Assembly: GCA_963701075.1 (NCBI GenBank)
Contig: OY969559.1
Coordinates: forward strand, 832,001-896,000
Length of the DNA: 64,000 bases
From: an uncultured Nitrososphaerota archaeon
GTDB lineage: Archaea > Thermoproteota > Nitrososphaeria > Nitrososphaerales > Nitrosopumilaceae
Direction: 5' to 3'
Of the stretch, positions 1 through 10,149 are shown one piece after another (positions within the stretch are counted from its first letter, which is position 1; every line of letters begins with the position of its first letter). A program made the translations under genes and the position numbers. The notes below the pieces were generated by a model, which was not told the origin of the DNA, did no database searches, and was given only the letters and a program-made list of their open reading frames with translations.

Positions 1-258
1 ATGTATTGCTGTTGTAGCGGCAGTGTGTAAATATGCAATAAACAGAAGTTATATTTTGATTAACAAAGTTATGCCTCACTAATATGGTATGATGATGTAT
101 ACCGCACATGGTAGTCGAAATATCCAGCAAAAGTACAAAGATGCATGCAATTTTTGTGATGGTGTGCGTGACTGGTCGGTTGTCATAGCGGTAGTAGATA
201 ATTGACTCGACATGAAGAAATCTCCACTCGACCTTTTCAAGTCCGGATTAAAGCAGTA

Positions 259-873
259 ATGAAAGACATGAGATACTTACTGGTCATTGCCTTAATTGCA
301 ATTCTTTTTGAGCCAACAGCATATGGCCAATTATATCCCATTCAAACAAATACAGCTGATACAAACTCGAAGAATCTGACATTTCCTCAAATAGCATATA
401 CGCAAGATAATAGATACGAAGTGGACCTGACATGGGAACCACATGATATATTGACTGATAAAAAAATCATATTCATTTTTCAATTCTACGACCATGAAAC
501 CGGTGCCATCATACCAAACGTAGATTACCAATTTGTCATATCGCAAAACGGTAAGGAACTTGTAAGAATTCCTGGAACAACTCTGGAAAGCGGGGATTAC
601 AAATATTTTGCTTTTGACAATCCAGGACCTGTAACCATAAGCCTTGAAAAAATAGCAGACAAGGATCTGTCTGTGTCTTATACTCCCACTGTTTATTTAA
701 ATCCACATACTACAGAGCCTGTCATTATAGTACAGCCTCCTCCAAACATGTCCGATAAAGAGAGAACGATATTTCCCATATTAGAAGATGCATTCGTAGG
801 TGTAATCATAATGTCTTTAGCATGGATAGCAAGAGATAGGATAAAGAGCATGTTAGCAAAGATTGATCTTTAA
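259..873 (+). CDS. Exported, C-terminally anchored hypothetical protein
   Basis: ORF 202..873; ATG at 259 gives a signal peptide (MKDMRYLLVIALIAILFEPTAYG); beta-rich domain; Pro-rich linker; C-terminal TM helix plus basic tail. Confidence 0.65.
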   Translation: MKDMRYLLVIALIAILFEPTAYGQLYPIQTNTADTNSKNLTFPQIAYTQDNRYEVDLTWEPHDILTDKKIIFIFQFYDHETGAIIPNVDYQFVISQNGKELVRIPGTTLESGDYKYFAFDNPGPVTISLEKIADKDLSVSYTPTVYLNPHTTEPVIIVQPPPNMSDKERTIFPILEDAFVGVIIMSLAWIARDRIKSMLAKIDL

Positions 874-934
874 AAATAATAGGCTTTTCATGTGTGGCCT
901 AAAACTAGTCAGATGTACTTGAGGTCTGCAAACT

Positions 935-1483
935 ATGAAGTCTAGACCGATCATTATTTTGCTAGTTGCAATAGCGATAGCAACTGGACCATTTGGGGTA
1001 AAACATGTGTCTGCTCATCTTCATGGATTGAACTTTCAAGAGGTACAAAACAACATGCATGGTATCAAGATGGAGTTTGGTCAAACTCCGATTACTGTAC
1101 AAACCGGAAAAAATGCTACATTAGCATTTAGTGTACAGAATCTTACTGGAAGTCACATAAGAAATTTTCTTGCAATTGTTACCATTACATCAGCAGATCC
1201 AAATCAGCACATTCCAATCTACAGGTTTAAAGGTAAGGTGAGCGACGGCGATTTTTCATTTGTTTATAAATTTCCAAAAGGTGGGCATTATCTGATAGCA
1301 TTGAGAGTAGATACAACAAGATACATCACGGTAGCGCCTTTTCATCTGTTTGTCTGGTCAGAAAGATACGACATATTGGAAATATTGTCAAGTGTGGCAT
1401 CATTTTTAGAATATGTTGCTCCACTTGGTGGGGGATGCGTAATATTTGGCTATCTCATATTCAAAAAGGGGAAGAAAAAATAA
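935..1483 (+). CDS. Exported, membrane-anchored hypothetical protein with His-rich mature N-terminus
   Basis: Signal peptide followed by AHLHG; Ig-like beta-rich region; C-terminal TM helix plus KKGKKK. Confidence 0.65.
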   Translation: MKSRPIIILLVAIAIATGPFGVKHVSAHLHGLNFQEVQNNMHGIKMEFGQTPITVQTGKNATLAFSVQNLTGSHIRNFLAIVTITSADPNQHIPIYRFKGKVSDGDFSFVYKFPKGGHYLIALRVDTTRYITVAPFHLFVWSERYDILEILSSVASFLEYVAPLGGGCVIFGYLIFKKGKKK

Positions 1484-1637
1484 TCACATTTGATCATAGT
1501 CTGACTATGTTTTTATCAAATATTGAGCCAATCATGAATTCAAATCATGCAATGCGGCGGAGAAAAACTAAATGCTTTTCTTGGGCACTTCATACAGTTG
1601 CAAGTTGTAAGTGTTTTACCAAGTCAGAAGAAAGAGA

Positions 1638-4077
1638 TTACAATCGTATAATCCTGATCAACTGTGTCTTGAGAAAATCGTTAACTACTAAAGAGAATAG
1701 AAAGCAATATACAAGTACTACGAATATGTCCTCAACTGGGATTATGGCAAAGCCAGGCATTCCTAATATAGATATGACAACACAAACCATCACATCTGCA
1801 ATTATCGATACAAGTAATGTTCTACTAGGCTTTGACTTCCAAAAGGCATTACGCTCTCTTGCAATCAGTATAGCAAAGATTCCTGAAAGTAACAGTATGT
1901 CAAAGGAAAAGGTATGTAATTTTGACAACTGTTGTGATAACCCAAGATACTGGATTCCAAAATAAAGCAGAGCAAGTGACTCCAAGACTGTTGCAATGCC
2001 TATTATCCCGGCGATTTTTATAAGAGATTTTACATTCCAAGAGTTTGGACATTTGGACCACCTAACGTTATCCGTTGATATTGACAGCGTGACAAAATCA
2101 ACTAGAAAAATCAACAATACCATATCAAATGTACTTACTATCTGAATTCCAGTCAACAAGAAAGCAGAGACTACAAAAATGACAATTTGAAACGTCTTAA
2201 TTATTTTGTTAAGTGTCCATGTAATGATTCTCTGGTAAATCATTCTGCCAGCTTTTACGATCTCAACAATGCCTGTCAATCCCTCGTTTGTCAGTACTAC
2301 GCTTGCAGCCCCCTTTGCAACATCAGTTGCGTTGCTTACAGCTATTCCCACCTCCGCCTGCCTTAGGGCTGGAGCATCATTGATTCCATCCCCAGTCATG
2401 CCAACCACATGTCTTTGTGACTGGAGATTACTGACTATCTGATACTTGTCTTCAGGATATATTTCGGCAAACCCATCGCTTTCTTCTACTAACTTGGACG
2501 CTTTTTCCGGGTTTGATTTGAATAATTGGTTCAGAGATGACATATTCGTAATTGCCTCACCCAATCCTATCTGTTGAGCAGTTTCTCTAGCAATGGGCAA
2601 TGCATCTCCAGTTAACATCTTTGTAGAAATGCCAAGGTCCTTTAGGTCAGAGATCAATCTAGGTGAATCCTCTCTTGGTTTGTCATAAAGTGCTGCTATA
2701 CCAACGAATCTCATCTCAGAGATATCTCCGTCTGTCATAGCAATGGCAAGTGTACGATATCCCTTTTGAGAAAACTCGTTTACTCTAGCTTGAACCAATT
2801 CCAAATCGTCTGGCTTTATTTTGCAAAGAGACGTTATTATAGAAACAGAACCTTTTGACGCTATAAAGCTCTTGCCATTTTTTTCAAGCATAGCTTCGGT
2901 TCTTCTTGTACTTGGATTGAAAGGGATAAACTTTTTCTGGATATAATCTGATATTATCCCCAGTTTCTTGGCAGCAGCGATAAAGGAGATATCTATCGGA
3001 TCTTGGTTTGCTTCATTTGAAGATAATGCACCGTAAAGAATGACATCATTTTTTGTAAAATCGCCTATTGCAAAAGAATCAGCTGAAGAAGAGACGATTC
3101 GTTGTCAGGGTTCCAGTCTTATCAACACAGAGAACAGACATCATGGCAGCATCATCCGAAGCGCTAAGCCTAGTTACCAGAACCCCCTTCTTTGCAAGTT
3201 CTAGCGACTCTAACGCCATAGTTATTGAGAACATGACAGGCAAGGCAACTGGCACTGCGGAAACAAGAAGGGTTATGGATAATGGTAGTATCGAGATGAA
3301 CGTGCCTTTAAAGGCTGAAGAAACAAACAGGACGGCAATCAGCGAGCCCGCCATGACCAAAAGAAGTTTAACAATCTTGGACGTAAATTCTTCCGAATGA
3401 ATTTTTGGTTTTGCTATCTGAACCAACTGTACCGTTTTTCCAAAATATGTTCTCAGGCCAGTTGAAACTACAACACAACTTGATTCTCCTTTTCTGATAA
3501 CTGATCCTGAGTACAGTAAACTGCCAGTACTTTCGGTGACAGGCAAAGACTCGCCAGTCAGTGCAGATTTGTCAACTTCCACGTCACCTTGAATAATCTT
3601 GGCATCGGCTGGAACAAAATCTCCTGACCTCATCCTGATAATGTCGCCAGGAACCAGATCCCTTGCAGGCATAACCTGCCACTTGCCATCACGTAATACT
3701 CTGGCACTTATCTGTAGTCTCTTTCTGAGAGACTCGACAGCCACATTTGCCTTTTCTTCTTGAGCAAATCCCAAAACTGCATTAAAAACAAGGAGTGCAG
3801 ATATTATGTATAGGTTAAGGAACTTTCCAAGATACCAGCTAAGTACAATGATTAATTCAAGCATCCATGCAGTAACACCCCAAAATTTTTTGAAGAATTT
3901 AATCAATGAGTTTTGGTGTTTCTCTTCAATTTCATTATGCCCGTATCTTGAAATTCGTCTCTGTGCTTCTTCTGATGATAGACCAGAAGAGATATTGGTG
4001 TCTAATTGTTTAATCGTATCTTCGACTGACAATTGTTCGAACTGTTCTGTTGTCAGTTCTTTGTTTTTACTGCACAT
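1638..4077 (-). CDS. P-type IIIA plasma-membrane proton-efflux ATPase (one gene, split by a 1-nt indel near 3085)
   Basis: LTGES, VPVALP, DKTGTLT, MLTGD and GDGINDAPAL motifs; removing one base near 3085 continues the frame as ...SADSFAIGDFTKNDVILYGALSSNEANQDPID into ORF 1638..2891. Confidence 0.88.
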
Positions 4078-4216
4078 TTCTTCTGACTATTGTCAGTTTA
4101 TGATTGTACATAAAATCTCATTGGAAAGATGAGAAATGTAACTAACCAATCATGAGTACTGAGAATGATCACGAGACTTAATAGTTGGAAGAAGATCGCA
4201 GAGATGAGGAATAAGA

Positions 4217-4804
4217 ATGCGAAGACATGGATTTGTTGAAAAAGATATTGATCCCAAGGACGTTTATTCTCATGTTAAAGATCTCTTACAGTCCCAAGGA
4301 TTCAAGATTGTGGCAGAGGACTCAAAGGATGGGCTACTGGATCTGCATGCAAGAAAGTCAAGTACTGAAAGAATAATCATGGGAAGAGTTAGAGACGTTG
4401 ATGTTATCATTGCTGGCACCAAAGGAAAGTTTGAGGTTCAGCTGCACGCAGGTATCTGGGGAAGAGATATTGCCATCCCTGCCATTGAGGGACTTGCAAC
4501 ACTTGGCATAGCCACAGCAGCTGACTTGCATTCTGCACACAAGTTTGAAGAGAAGATGTGGGAGCAGATAGTTAACAAGATAGATTCTTCATTAAAAATT
4601 TGTAACTTGGATGGATTACTCTTCAAATCAGATGAGGAGCTAAATCAACATAATCAACAAATGCATCAACCGCAGGCCCAAGGTTCTATGATGAATTCTA
4701 TGCTTATGATGGGAATGCTGGGAGGAGGCGGAATGGGAATGTATGGGATGGGAATGGGTTACGGTGGCTTTGGTTCTGGTGGCTTGGGCGGCCTATGGAT
4801 CTAG
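4217..4804 (+). CDS. Hypothetical protein with degenerate C2H2-like motif and Gly/Met-rich tail
   Basis: 195-aa ORF with GAGGA upstream; CNLD-x12-H-x4-H; tail GGGGMGMYGMGMGYGGFGSGGLGGLWI. Confidence 0.75.
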   Translation: MRRHGFVEKDIDPKDVYSHVKDLLQSQGFKIVAEDSKDGLLDLHARKSSTERIIMGRVRDVDVIIAGTKGKFEVQLHAGIWGRDIAIPAIEGLATLGIATAADLHSAHKFEEKMWEQIVNKIDSSLKICNLDGLLFKSDEELNQHNQQMHQPQAQGSMMNSMLMMGMLGGGGMGMYGMGMGYGGFGSGGLGGLWI

Positions 4805-5536
4805 TCACGTATTGCACATGGCCCACATGCGTGATGCAAGTACTATGATTCAAAAGAACAAAATGTCATAATTCGAATGTGTTTCTTGGAAAAGATAACA
4901 AATGTCAGCATAGAGTGAATCCTCTTTCCAAAAGAAGGCGTTCACGTAAAACGGCTCAAAGATCCGATTATTGGTGTAAAGGATATACTAGTTTCCGCGC
5001 ATGGAGATACAACCATTCTTGAGATTCAGACGAACTGTACGCTATCTGGTACGGTGGACCTATTTTCAAAAAATATTAACCTTGCAGGTCATCTCTATTG
5101 TAGAGATCTAATCTTTATGATCCACCTCCCAAGTCGACCTGTACTTGGAAGGTTAGATTATACATTTCAATTAGTATTAGTTTTAAATTTTGTTGCATCT
5201 TTTTGTCTGCACTCGGTACAAGCATTATTGATAGTGAAGACTAGTTGCTTGCCAGAATATTTTCCATTTCTATTGATAGATTATGTCAAGAAACTTGAGC
5301 GAGTCTTTATTAATAAAACAAGATTAACTTTGTTCATCAGTCAATAAATAGAAAATAAAATACGATTCCATATGAAAGGAAATCCTGCCATACTGGATGT
5401 CCGTGCAGTGTTTTTTACTGTCTCTCTTACTGCTGAAAATTATTTTCCTGTTCCAACTTCTGTAATGAATTTTCAAGAACCTTTCTTCAATTCGCATACC
5501 TCTCTATGTATTTGCACTATGTGATTTGAAATTCTC

Positions 5537-5722
5537 ATGCAAAAAATAAACAATTGGATTCTAGCATTTGCCTCATTTGCCATACTGTTAGTTATAACAT
5601 ATGAGGGGGCTGTAACGCACGATCCAGAACTATTCATTTCTTCCCTAACAATTTTAGTTCTGGCGTCATGGTTTATGTTGATTGGAACGTGCGTGATGGG
5701 AGTGAGCCGAATTCTAGCATGA
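5537..5722 (+). CDS. Small two-TM membrane protein
   Basis: 61-aa ORF with two hydrophobic helices. Confidence 0.5.
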   Translation: MQKINNWILAFASFAILLVITYEGAVTHDPELFISSLTILVLASWFMLIGTCVMGVSRILA

Positions 5723-5774
5723 CATGTGGTTTGGGCCAATAATGCCAGTTCAAATTTACATTATAAAATCACAG

Positions 5775-5920
5775 ACAAGAAAACAAACGTTGCAAGATTT
5801 TAATTGTTATTTTACAAATATCAAGTTTTCTTCATGATGGATTGTGTGCCAGGCCAGATTAGGCGTGTGACATCATCTGTTGTGAAACATGGAAATGAAA
5901 GATGACGATCCTGAAAAAAT
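5775..5920 (+). repeat. Left arm of perfect 146-bp inverted repeat
   Basis: Exact reverse complement of 9601-9746, checked base by base. Confidence 0.97.
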
Positions 5921-5927
5921 GAGGGTG

Positions 5928-6230
5928 CTATTGTATCAGTCTGTGTTTCAGACTTGGTTTTCGCGCTTTCCAGACTACGACCCCCAAAATAGCCAACGCT
6001 GCAACCACTGCTAATCCAGCTGACAATCCGTAAATTGCAGTTGGACCAAGATAACCTGGCATACTTGGGTTCCCATAGGGCGGACCAAGCGGTATGCCTT
6101 TTTGTTGTCCTTGCGCAAATGCTGACGTTCCTTGTTGCGCAAATGCATGCGGAGCCAAGGCTACAATAGCAACTAGAACCAATGCGCCTAACACGGCCAT
6201 TGGTTTGGCTTTGTCGCTTAAAGTTTTCAT
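5928..6230 (-). CDS. Small exported/membrane-anchored protein
   Basis: Signal peptide ending AFA, duplicated AFAQ motif, Pro/Gly linker, C-terminal TM helix plus basic tail. Confidence 0.7.
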   Translation of the reverse strand: MKTLSDKAKPMAVLGALVLVAIVALAPHAFAQQGTSAFAQGQQKGIPLGPPYGNPSMPGYLGPTAIYGLSAGLAVVAALAILGVVVWKARKPSLKHRLIQ

Positions 6231-6607
6231 TGCAATTCATAATATGTCAAGATTTTATTTCAATGCCATAGTTTGCAGTGTGTACTGGATAAATTCTGAA
6301 TTAATTTCAAAATTTTCTCTTTTTTATTTCATAGGTACAAAACACGCTTCAAATCGCACTACCAAAAGCCAAGATTCACCAAGTATATAAAAAAAGAGAA
6401 TCGAAACTAAGTTTAGAAAAATATGTTTGGCCAGTCAATGGGCGAATCTGTAGTCAGCGTCTTTGTTTATTTAGGAATAGGATCAGCTGTTCTTACATCT
6501 AGGTTGTACTATAATGATATATAATGAATTTTCTTCAAAAATAAAAAATAAATTTTGGGTAACAAGGTTAACCATTCCGTATATAGATTGAAGCTCCAAT
6601 ATGGACC

Positions 6608-6868
6608 ATGAATACATCAATCCAATCAATGTTTACTGGAGCAAAACTCTATGCAATCATTGCAGTGGTTTGTGTAGCCTCGGTGGTCGGAATTGCACTG
6701 GGTCTTGAGTCCAGCGTACACTTTGCAAAGCCTGGATACATTCCACCTGGTGTAACGGCACCTGCAAAAGGACCATGCCTGAGTTTTGAATACAACTGCC
6801 ATGATACAGTAAAGCATCCAAGCTCCTACTATGATAGCGGAGCTTACCTCGACCAGCCTGCTCCATAG
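6608..6868 (+). CDS. Small membrane-anchored protein with C-x6-CH motif
   Basis: N-terminal TM helix; CLSFEYNCH; lies directly upstream of the Rieske gene. Confidence 0.6.
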   Translation: MNTSIQSMFTGAKLYAIIAVVCVASVVGIALGLESSVHFAKPGYIPPGVTAPAKGPCLSFEYNCHDTVKHPSSYYDSGAYLDQPAP

Positions 6869-6908
6869 ACCATTCCAAATCGTGACTATAAAGAGGAGAT
6901 TATCAAGC

Positions 6909-7517
6909 ATGACTCAAACACCTGCTAAACAAGAAGGAGTTACAAGAAGAGACTTTCTCAAACTACTTGCAGCTGGAAGTGTAGCACTAGCGTTTGCTCC
7001 GTTTGTTCCATGGGGAAAGTTCATGCCAAACCCCTCAAATATAGTGCCGTCCAGAGTTCAGGTAACCTTACCTGATGGAACAGTGGCCAATGTCAAGACG
7101 TTTCCAAAGAATAGTTCCGAAGTCATAACTTATCCATCCAGCGGAGATCCAGTTCTTGACCAAGAGGCATTTAAAAAATGGCAATTTGTACGATTGCCCG
7201 AAGAACTAGGTGGAGGAGTAGATGATGTTAGTGCCTTTCGTGTTTATAGTATGGTCTGTTTACATCTCTGGTGTTTGTGGAAGTACTGGCCTCAACCTGG
7301 AAGAAAAAGGGGCGAGTGTCCCTGCCATGGCAGCATGTACAACATGCTAAACGGAAAGGCGTTTGCAGGTCCTGCCTCTCTTCAGGCTCCGCCTTCGAAT
7401 GTCTTACCTGAGCTTTGGCTTGAGGCAGACAATGATGGAAATTTGTGGATAAAGCCAGCAGTCTGGAATGTAAATGAAAACGGGATTGTGGGATATGGCC
7501 GTTTCCTTAAAACGTAG
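6909..7517 (+). CDS. Tat-exported Rieske [2Fe-2S] protein (complex III PetC-like paralog)
   Basis: TRRDFLK Tat motif; CLHLWC and CPCHGS Rieske boxes; ATG 6909 preceded by GAGGAG. Confidence 0.92.
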   Translation: MTQTPAKQEGVTRRDFLKLLAAGSVALAFAPFVPWGKFMPNPSNIVPSRVQVTLPDGTVANVKTFPKNSSEVITYPSSGDPVLDQEAFKKWQFVRLPEELGGGVDDVSAFRVYSMVCLHLWCLWKYWPQPGRKRGECPCHGSMYNMLNGKAFAGPASLQAPPSNVLPELWLEADNDGNLWIKPAVWNVNENGIVGYGRFLKT

Positions 7518-7525
7518 AAGCGGAT

Positions 7526-9061
7526 TTGTATTTGAATCAAAAAATGTGTGCTGCAATTTTAGTTATCGCCGCTGCCTCAATCATGATATCATACACAAGT
7601 TATACATTCATAGGCATTGAGGCAAAAAACAAAGAAAACGGTACAAAATTAAATCGGTTCCCCTATGAAGCAAATTCAAATTTACCAAGTGTTTTGTCTA
7701 TCGTACCAATAAGAGGAACTTATGTTACGCTTTACCCTTTGCCAAACGGCACTGCACCAAATAGCATTCTAGTTGATAAAAACGGAATAGTTTGGTGTAT
7801 TGGTTCCAAGATACATGATCTATTCAGATTCGATCCAAATACAAATTCTCTTGAGGAATATTATATTCCTGGAGAAAATGATAACAATAATTACAAGATG
7901 TCCTGGTCCATGGTACAAGACAATGAAGGAAACATTTGGTTTTCACAGTTTGGTCAATATCCCATCTGGAGGTTTAATCCAAATGATGGCATCTTCACAT
8001 CATTTCACTCTAATATACAATATACACCATTTCAGATGAAACATGACATCAAGACAGATAACATCTGGTTCACAACTCTTTCAGGAGGGTCACTTGGAGT
8101 TATTCAGAAAGTTCAAGAATTTGGATCAGTAGTTAACCAATATGAAATAAACGAGTTTTCAATTGGCAATGGTACTATGCCAAGTGGATTAGATGTCAAT
8201 GGCAACTCTATATGGGTTACTGAAATTGAGCAAGGAAAGATAATCAGGTTTGAAGCAATCCGTACAAGTAATGGTATCGTAACTGGCATAACGCAAGTGA
8301 CAGAGTTACCTAAAGGAAACAGCAAGCCGTTCTCGCTGCCAACAGATGTTCTTTTGTCTGAGAACGATCACTTCTTGTGGATTACTGAGCATGGTCCCAG
8401 TACAGTTACAAAATATGACATTAATTCACAAAAATCCATACAATTTCCAACAGCAAAAAACAAGTATGATGTGGCATCTCTGCCCTTCTGGTTACGAGAA
8501 AGCACTAACGGCAAAGGAATTTGGTTCAACGAGCACGAAGGTGGAAGCATAGGATTCTTGACAGATAATCTGACTTTGACAGAATTTCATTTACAAAACA
8601 TCCCTCAAAATTCAATTCCCTTTATGCTCAACTTGGCAACAGATCCAACCAACCCCAATAAACTGTGGTTTTCGTTATGGACAGTAGATGAGATTGGTGT
8701 TGTCGATAAATCTGTTTTATCCCCATTTGACCTCATGATTTCCAAAGATAAACTCGTACTATCCCAATCTGAGAATCATACCTTGATACATGTCACTATC
8801 ATAAAAAATCCAACCTCAGACACAAAAGATATGGTATTTCTTAACGCATCAAGTTCTATGCTTTCAGACGGATCGCTTCAGAACATGACAGCACAGTTTT
8901 CTATTCCAATGTTACCCATAACTAGGCAGACACCAAACAAGACTATGATTGAATTGACTCTAAATGACCAATCTCTAGAGAAGGGCAACTATACGATAGG
9001 ACTTTCTGCAGGCGATGCACTCCTTACAAAAACTGTCTTTGTCTATCTTACTGTGCCTTGA
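7526..9061 (+). CDS. Exported Vgb/streptogramin-lyase-like beta-propeller protein
   Basis: N-terminal TM/signal; repeated blades of the GNIWF / IWVTE / LWITEH / IWFNEH type. Confidence 0.8.
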   Translation: MYLNQKMCAAILVIAAASIMISYTSYTFIGIEAKNKENGTKLNRFPYEANSNLPSVLSIVPIRGTYVTLYPLPNGTAPNSILVDKNGIVWCIGSKIHDLFRFDPNTNSLEEYYIPGENDNNNYKMSWSMVQDNEGNIWFSQFGQYPIWRFNPNDGIFTSFHSNIQYTPFQMKHDIKTDNIWFTTLSGGSLGVIQKVQEFGSVVNQYEINEFSIGNGTMPSGLDVNGNSIWVTEIEQGKIIRFEAIRTSNGIVTGITQVTELPKGNSKPFSLPTDVLLSENDHFLWITEHGPSTVTKYDINSQKSIQFPTAKNKYDVASLPFWLRESTNGKGIWFNEHEGGSIGFLTDNLTLTEFHLQNIPQNSIPFMLNLATDPTNPNKLWFSLWTVDEIGVVDKSVLSPFDLMISKDKLVLSQSENHTLIHVTIIKNPTSDTKDMVFLNASSSMLSDGSLQNMTAQFSIPMLPITRQTPNKTMIELTLNDQSLEKGNYTIGLSAGDALLTKTVFVYLTVP

Positions 9062-9089
9062 ATCACGACCTGCTCCTAAACTCCTGATT

Positions 9090-9512
9090 TTATTGCGACA
9101 ACAGGACTTGTGATGTATTTTTCAACCTTTTCTTATATGCATCTATTAGTCGTGCAATACTTTTTGCTAAAGTCATAGAGTTTACATGCGTTCTCAAGAA
9201 AGATACTAACAACAATTGTTCATCCATTGAAAACGAAAGTAGGCCTCTCTTTGTTCTCTCTACATAAGTAAATCTTACTTGTCCCAAATCCCCATCAAAT
9301 TCCTTTCTCATCCTATGCCTTAGGGCATTTTCCATAAAAAACATCTCTTTTCTGGTACTCGGAAGTATTTCTATAATGGAGTTACGACCTTGGCTCGCAT
9401 CAACTCTTCCCTTTTCATTAATAATTGCCACGAATGTTATATGATTATTCATTGTCAGTATGGATCTGCACAATTCATTTGATAACACATCCGATTTTGA
9501 ATTGAGGAGCAA
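9090..9512 (-). CDS. Roadblock/profilin-like thaumarchaeal protein (DUF6659-like)
   Basis: ITFVAIINEKGRV...MRKEFDGDLGQVRFTYVER pattern. Confidence 0.7.
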   Translation of the reverse strand: MLLNSKSDVLSNELCRSILTMNNHITFVAIINEKGRVDASQGRNSIIEILPSTRKEMFFMENALRHRMRKEFDGDLGQVRFTYVERTKRGLLSFSMDEQLLLVSFLRTHVNSMTLAKSIARLIDAYKKRLKNTSQVLLSQ

Positions 9513-9600
9513 CTTGTCTAGTATTTCTTCATTTTACTATAAAACTTCTATAGTACACACTGCAATTTGTGTCATAAAATACTAATTATACTTGTTTTGT

Positions 9601-9746
9601 ATTTTTTCAGGATCGTCATCTTTCATTTCCATGTTTCACAACAGATGATGTCACACGCCTAATCTGGCCTGGCACACAATCCATCATGAAGAAAACTTGA
9701 TATTTGTAAAATAACAATTAAAATCTTGCAACGTTTGTTTTCTTGT
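9601..9746 (-). repeat. Right arm of perfect 146-bp inverted repeat
   Basis: Exact reverse complement of 5775-5920. Confidence 0.97.
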
Positions 9747-9816
9747 TTTTGTAATTCAATACATTAGATTGCAGTGTAAGCAGATTTTTTAAATGAGATA
9801 GTGACGTAGCTATATC

Positions 9817-10149
9817 ATGACAAAACTTGTTTGCAGCGATTATGGATTCGAATGTAGTTACCAAGTTGAGGGTGGAGATGATGAGGCAATAAGAAAATTT
9901 GCCAAACATTCTGAAGAGATACATGGAATTGAGTATTCCGAGGGTGCTTTGATGCAGATTTTGAGCAGAAAAACTCACCAAGAGTCTTACAATCCTGGAA
10001 TTATTTTAAGCAAGAACGAGATCCAAGCGGTTATTGCAATTTTGGATTTCGCCTACAGCGTCTATTCAATGGCCGTTTTTGAAGAAGACTTGAAGATAGA
10101 TCACAGAATGATCCAACAGTTGATACTGAAAATGTCAATGTATACATAG
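9817..10149 (+). CDS. DUF1059-like small metal-binding protein with C-terminal extension
   Basis: CSDYGFEC...H-x4-HG motif. Confidence 0.75.
   Translation: MTKLVCSDYGFECSYQVEGGDDEAIRKFAKHSEEIHGIEYSEGALMQILSRKTHQESYNPGIILSKNEIQAVIAILDFAYSVYSMAVFEEDLKIDHRMIQQLILKMSMYT

Noticed and set aside
1435-1965. 176-aa plus-strand ORF and the many other antisense ORFs in the track
   Set aside because: Shadows of well-supported genes on the opposite strand or frame, with no motifs
4805-5500. Possible gene remnant, including ORF 5054..5347
   Set aside because: No recognisable motif and interrupted frames; cannot be supported
5775-5920. 146-bp arm as a MITE, riboswitch or C/D sRNA
   Set aside because: No terminal inverted repeats; the ATGATGG...CTGA boxes are imperfect and too widely spaced; no match to a riboswitch consensus I can recognise
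7526-9061. Antibiotic-resistance (virginiamycin B lyase) function
   Set aside because: Only the propeller fold is evident; exported Vgb-like proteins are common in AOA with unknown function
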